From positions 537-64,536 of the forward strand of contig JACRKG010000011.1 in the NCBI GenBank assembly GCA_016215315.1: 64,000 nucleotides of DNA, given 5' to 3'. The notes beneath the pieces were generated by a model. The model did not search any database, had not been told where the DNA came from, and was given only the letters and a program-made list of their open reading frames with translations. The translations under genes and the position numbers were made by a program. Shown here one piece after another: positions 62,298 to 64,000 of the stretch (within the stretch, counting starts at the first letter, position 1; every line of letters begins with the position of its first letter). The DNA is from Candidatus Woesearchaeota archaeon. GTDB taxonomy: Archaea; Nanobdellota; Nanobdellia; Woesearchaeales; ARS49.

Positions 62298-63991
62298 TAG
62301 AGCATTCCTCTAAATTTTAGGTAGACTAATTCTCCTGAAATTGCAAGTATTGCCAAGAGTATTATTATTGGACTTATATCAAATGTTCTTTTTTCTTTTA
62401 TTGCCTGTACTTGATATGCTTCGGCACTTTTTTCTGTTACACTTTTTACTGCAGTTATGCTGCTTTCTCGTTCATCTAATAAGTTTGATGCAATTTTTTG
62501 TCCTGGAAGTTTGTAAATTCCTGCATCTTCAAGTAATACGGTTTGAGTTACAACTCTTCTTCCTGAGGGCAGTTCTACTTCTTGAGGTTGTGATGTGCTT
62601 AAAAAATCTTTAGTTAAATGATTTAGTTGATTAAGATCTTGTTTTTCTAGCAAAAATTTTATTAGTTCTGTCCAAAATATTGGGTAACTTGGAGAAAATT
62701 TGAAGTCACTTGCTCCCTCCATTATTCCGTAATAAATTATTTTTCCTCTACCTTTTTGCTGCATTCCTATTATTGTTTGGTTTTCTGCAGTTACAAAAGG
62801 AGTTAATGGATTATCACTGCCTAAAGTCCAGTGATATTCTACTTTTCCAAAATCTGCATTTCTCGTGAACTTATTTACTTGTTGAACTATTAAGTCTGCA
62901 CCGCTTCTTATTTTTTCAAGTACGGGCAAATTAAATAGCGGGTTTAAATTTATTTTATCCATATTTTCTTGAGTATTAATTACAAGGCTTGCTCCTGCTT
63001 CAACTCGTGCATTTAAGTCTTCAAAAGTTCCAGTTAAGATTTCGTTTGGATCAATATTTTGTAAAAAATAAATATCATAGTCTCCTCCCGGAATGATTGG
63101 GGGGTTAGTAACTTCTACATCTAAAAGTTTTGTTGCTTTTAGTGCATTTGTCAAGAATATTGAGTCGTTATTTGTTATTATTAATGCTTTAGATTTTAAC
63201 TGATCTGGAGCACTTATGTAAGCATAATTATCTAAGTCCAAGTCATCTTTAGGACTTATTTCTAGCTTTGTTATTCCTCCAACTGTTTGAAATGAGAATG
63301 GTTCTACTTGTCCTGGTTCTAAAGTAATTTCTTTTGTTAAGTCATTCGCTGTTAAGGTTACTTTTTTTGGTTCATTATTGAAATTTTTAATGTATGCTAC
63401 ACTTGCTTGATCATCAACAACCAATTTTACGAAACCAACATTATCTTTTTCTTGATCATTTGCAATATTAACAAAATCAACTATCATTCCTTTAGATTCT
63501 AGTATTGATTTTGCTGTTGATGGGTCTTGCCCTTCAGTATTTATGAAATCACTTATTACAATTATTCTTCCTTCTCTGTTTTTGTCTGCTTGTTCAAGAA
63601 TGCTTCCTGCAGCAAGTATTGCATCGCCTAATCTTGTTGAAGATTCTGAAGGTCTTAAGCTATTTATGAAATCTACCGTTTCGCTTTTTCCTTTATCTTT
63701 GAGAGCTATTTTAGTATAATATTTTGCCAAAACAACTGTGTTTCTCGAACCAGCCACTTCTTTTGCTTTTTGCATCATTTTTTGAAATCTTGTTGTTCCA
63801 TCTTCTTTTGTTTGCATACTTGCACTCACATCAAGAACTAAAACTGTGTGAGCCGCACTTATGTCATGGAAGTATTCCATTATTGGTGCTAAAACTGCAA
63901 GAGTTATCAATAGAAGAACTAATAATTGAATAAGAAATAACCAGTCTTTTGTTAATTGTTTCAAGAAAGAAGTAATTTTGTTTGTCCCCAT
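62297..63991 (-). CDS. vWA domain membrane protein (BatA-like)
   Basis: N-terminal TM. TVLVLDVSASMQ MIDAS motif. C-terminal TM. Confidence 0.7.
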   Translation of the reverse strand: MGTNKITSFLKQLTKDWLFLIQLLVLLLITLAVLAPIMEYFHDISAAHTVLVLDVSASMQTKEDGTTRFQKMMQKAKEVAGSRNTVVLAKYYTKIALKDKGKSETVDFINSLRPSESSTRLGDAILAAGSILEQADKNREGRIIVISDFINTEGQDPSTAKSILESKGMIVDFVNIANDQEKDNVGFVKLVVDDQASVAYIKNFNNEPKKVTLTANDLTKEITLEPGQVEPFSFQTVGGITKLEISPKDDLDLDNYAYISAPDQLKSKALIITNNDSIFLTNALKATKLLDVEVTNPPIIPGGDYDIYFLQNIDPNEILTGTFEDLNARVEAGASLVINTQENMDKINLNPLFNLPVLEKIRSGADLIVQQVNKFTRNADFGKVEYHWTLGSDNPLTPFVTAENQTIIGMQQKGRGKIIYYGIMEGASDFKFSPSYPIFWTELIKFLLEKQDLNQLNHLTKDFLSTSQPQEVELPSGRRVVTQTVLLEDAGIYKLPGQKIASNLLDERESSITAVKSVTEKSAEAYQVQAIKEKRTFDISPIIILLAILAISGELVYLKFRGML

Positions 63992-64000
63992 TGATTTAAG

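Overview
AT-rich (about 30-33% GC by eye) archaeal chromosomal segment. Archaeal assignment rests on: uS13-uS4-uS11-Rpo3(RpoD)-tRNA-L18e-uL13-uS9 gene order, archaeal-type GluRS/ProRS/MetRS, a class-III-signal pilin, and Lrp and PhoU with AbrB-type N-domains. Small genes, overlapping starts and stops and many secreted or surface proteins suggest a reduced-genome (possibly DPANN-like) lineage; that part is inference.

About 75 protein genes, two tRNAs (Pro-GGG, Leu-GAG), no rRNA, no CRISPR.

Housekeeping: gltX, metG, proS, the ribosomal/RNAP cluster, cysteine desulfurase, pepF, Kef-type antiporter, radical SAM enzyme, M20 peptidase, GT2 glycosyltransferase.

Accessory and potentially novel content:
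1. A DUF4258-like toxin / YgiT-zinc-ribbon-AbrB antitoxin pair sitting exactly between two 29-bp direct repeats 700 bp apart.
2. A VapBC pair.
3. A family of A/T-rich palindromic intergenic repeats (core GTTTATAGTTCACAGTTTATGG) at six gene 3' ends. The repeats carry stop codons in all three frames, and one copy appears to truncate a histone-fold gene.
4. A 47-nt conserved leader motif shared by two unrelated genes.
5. Two GC-rich structured islands in intergenic DNA (candidate ncRNAs).
6. Two about 110-nt direct repeats containing arrays of the palindrome GAGAAATTTCTC at 21-nt periodicity. They bracket a 7.4-kb block that includes an unannotatable three-gene cassette (two paralogous coiled-coil proteins, one with a vWA MIDAS domain).
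7. A MetRS with a B3/4 + EMAP C-terminal fusion.
8. A tail-fibre-like repeat surface protein pair.
9. A frameshifted gene and a decayed tandem paralog.
10. A MoxR-DUF58-vWA (Bat-like) operon.

Functional calls come from motif-level reading only; no database searches were run.
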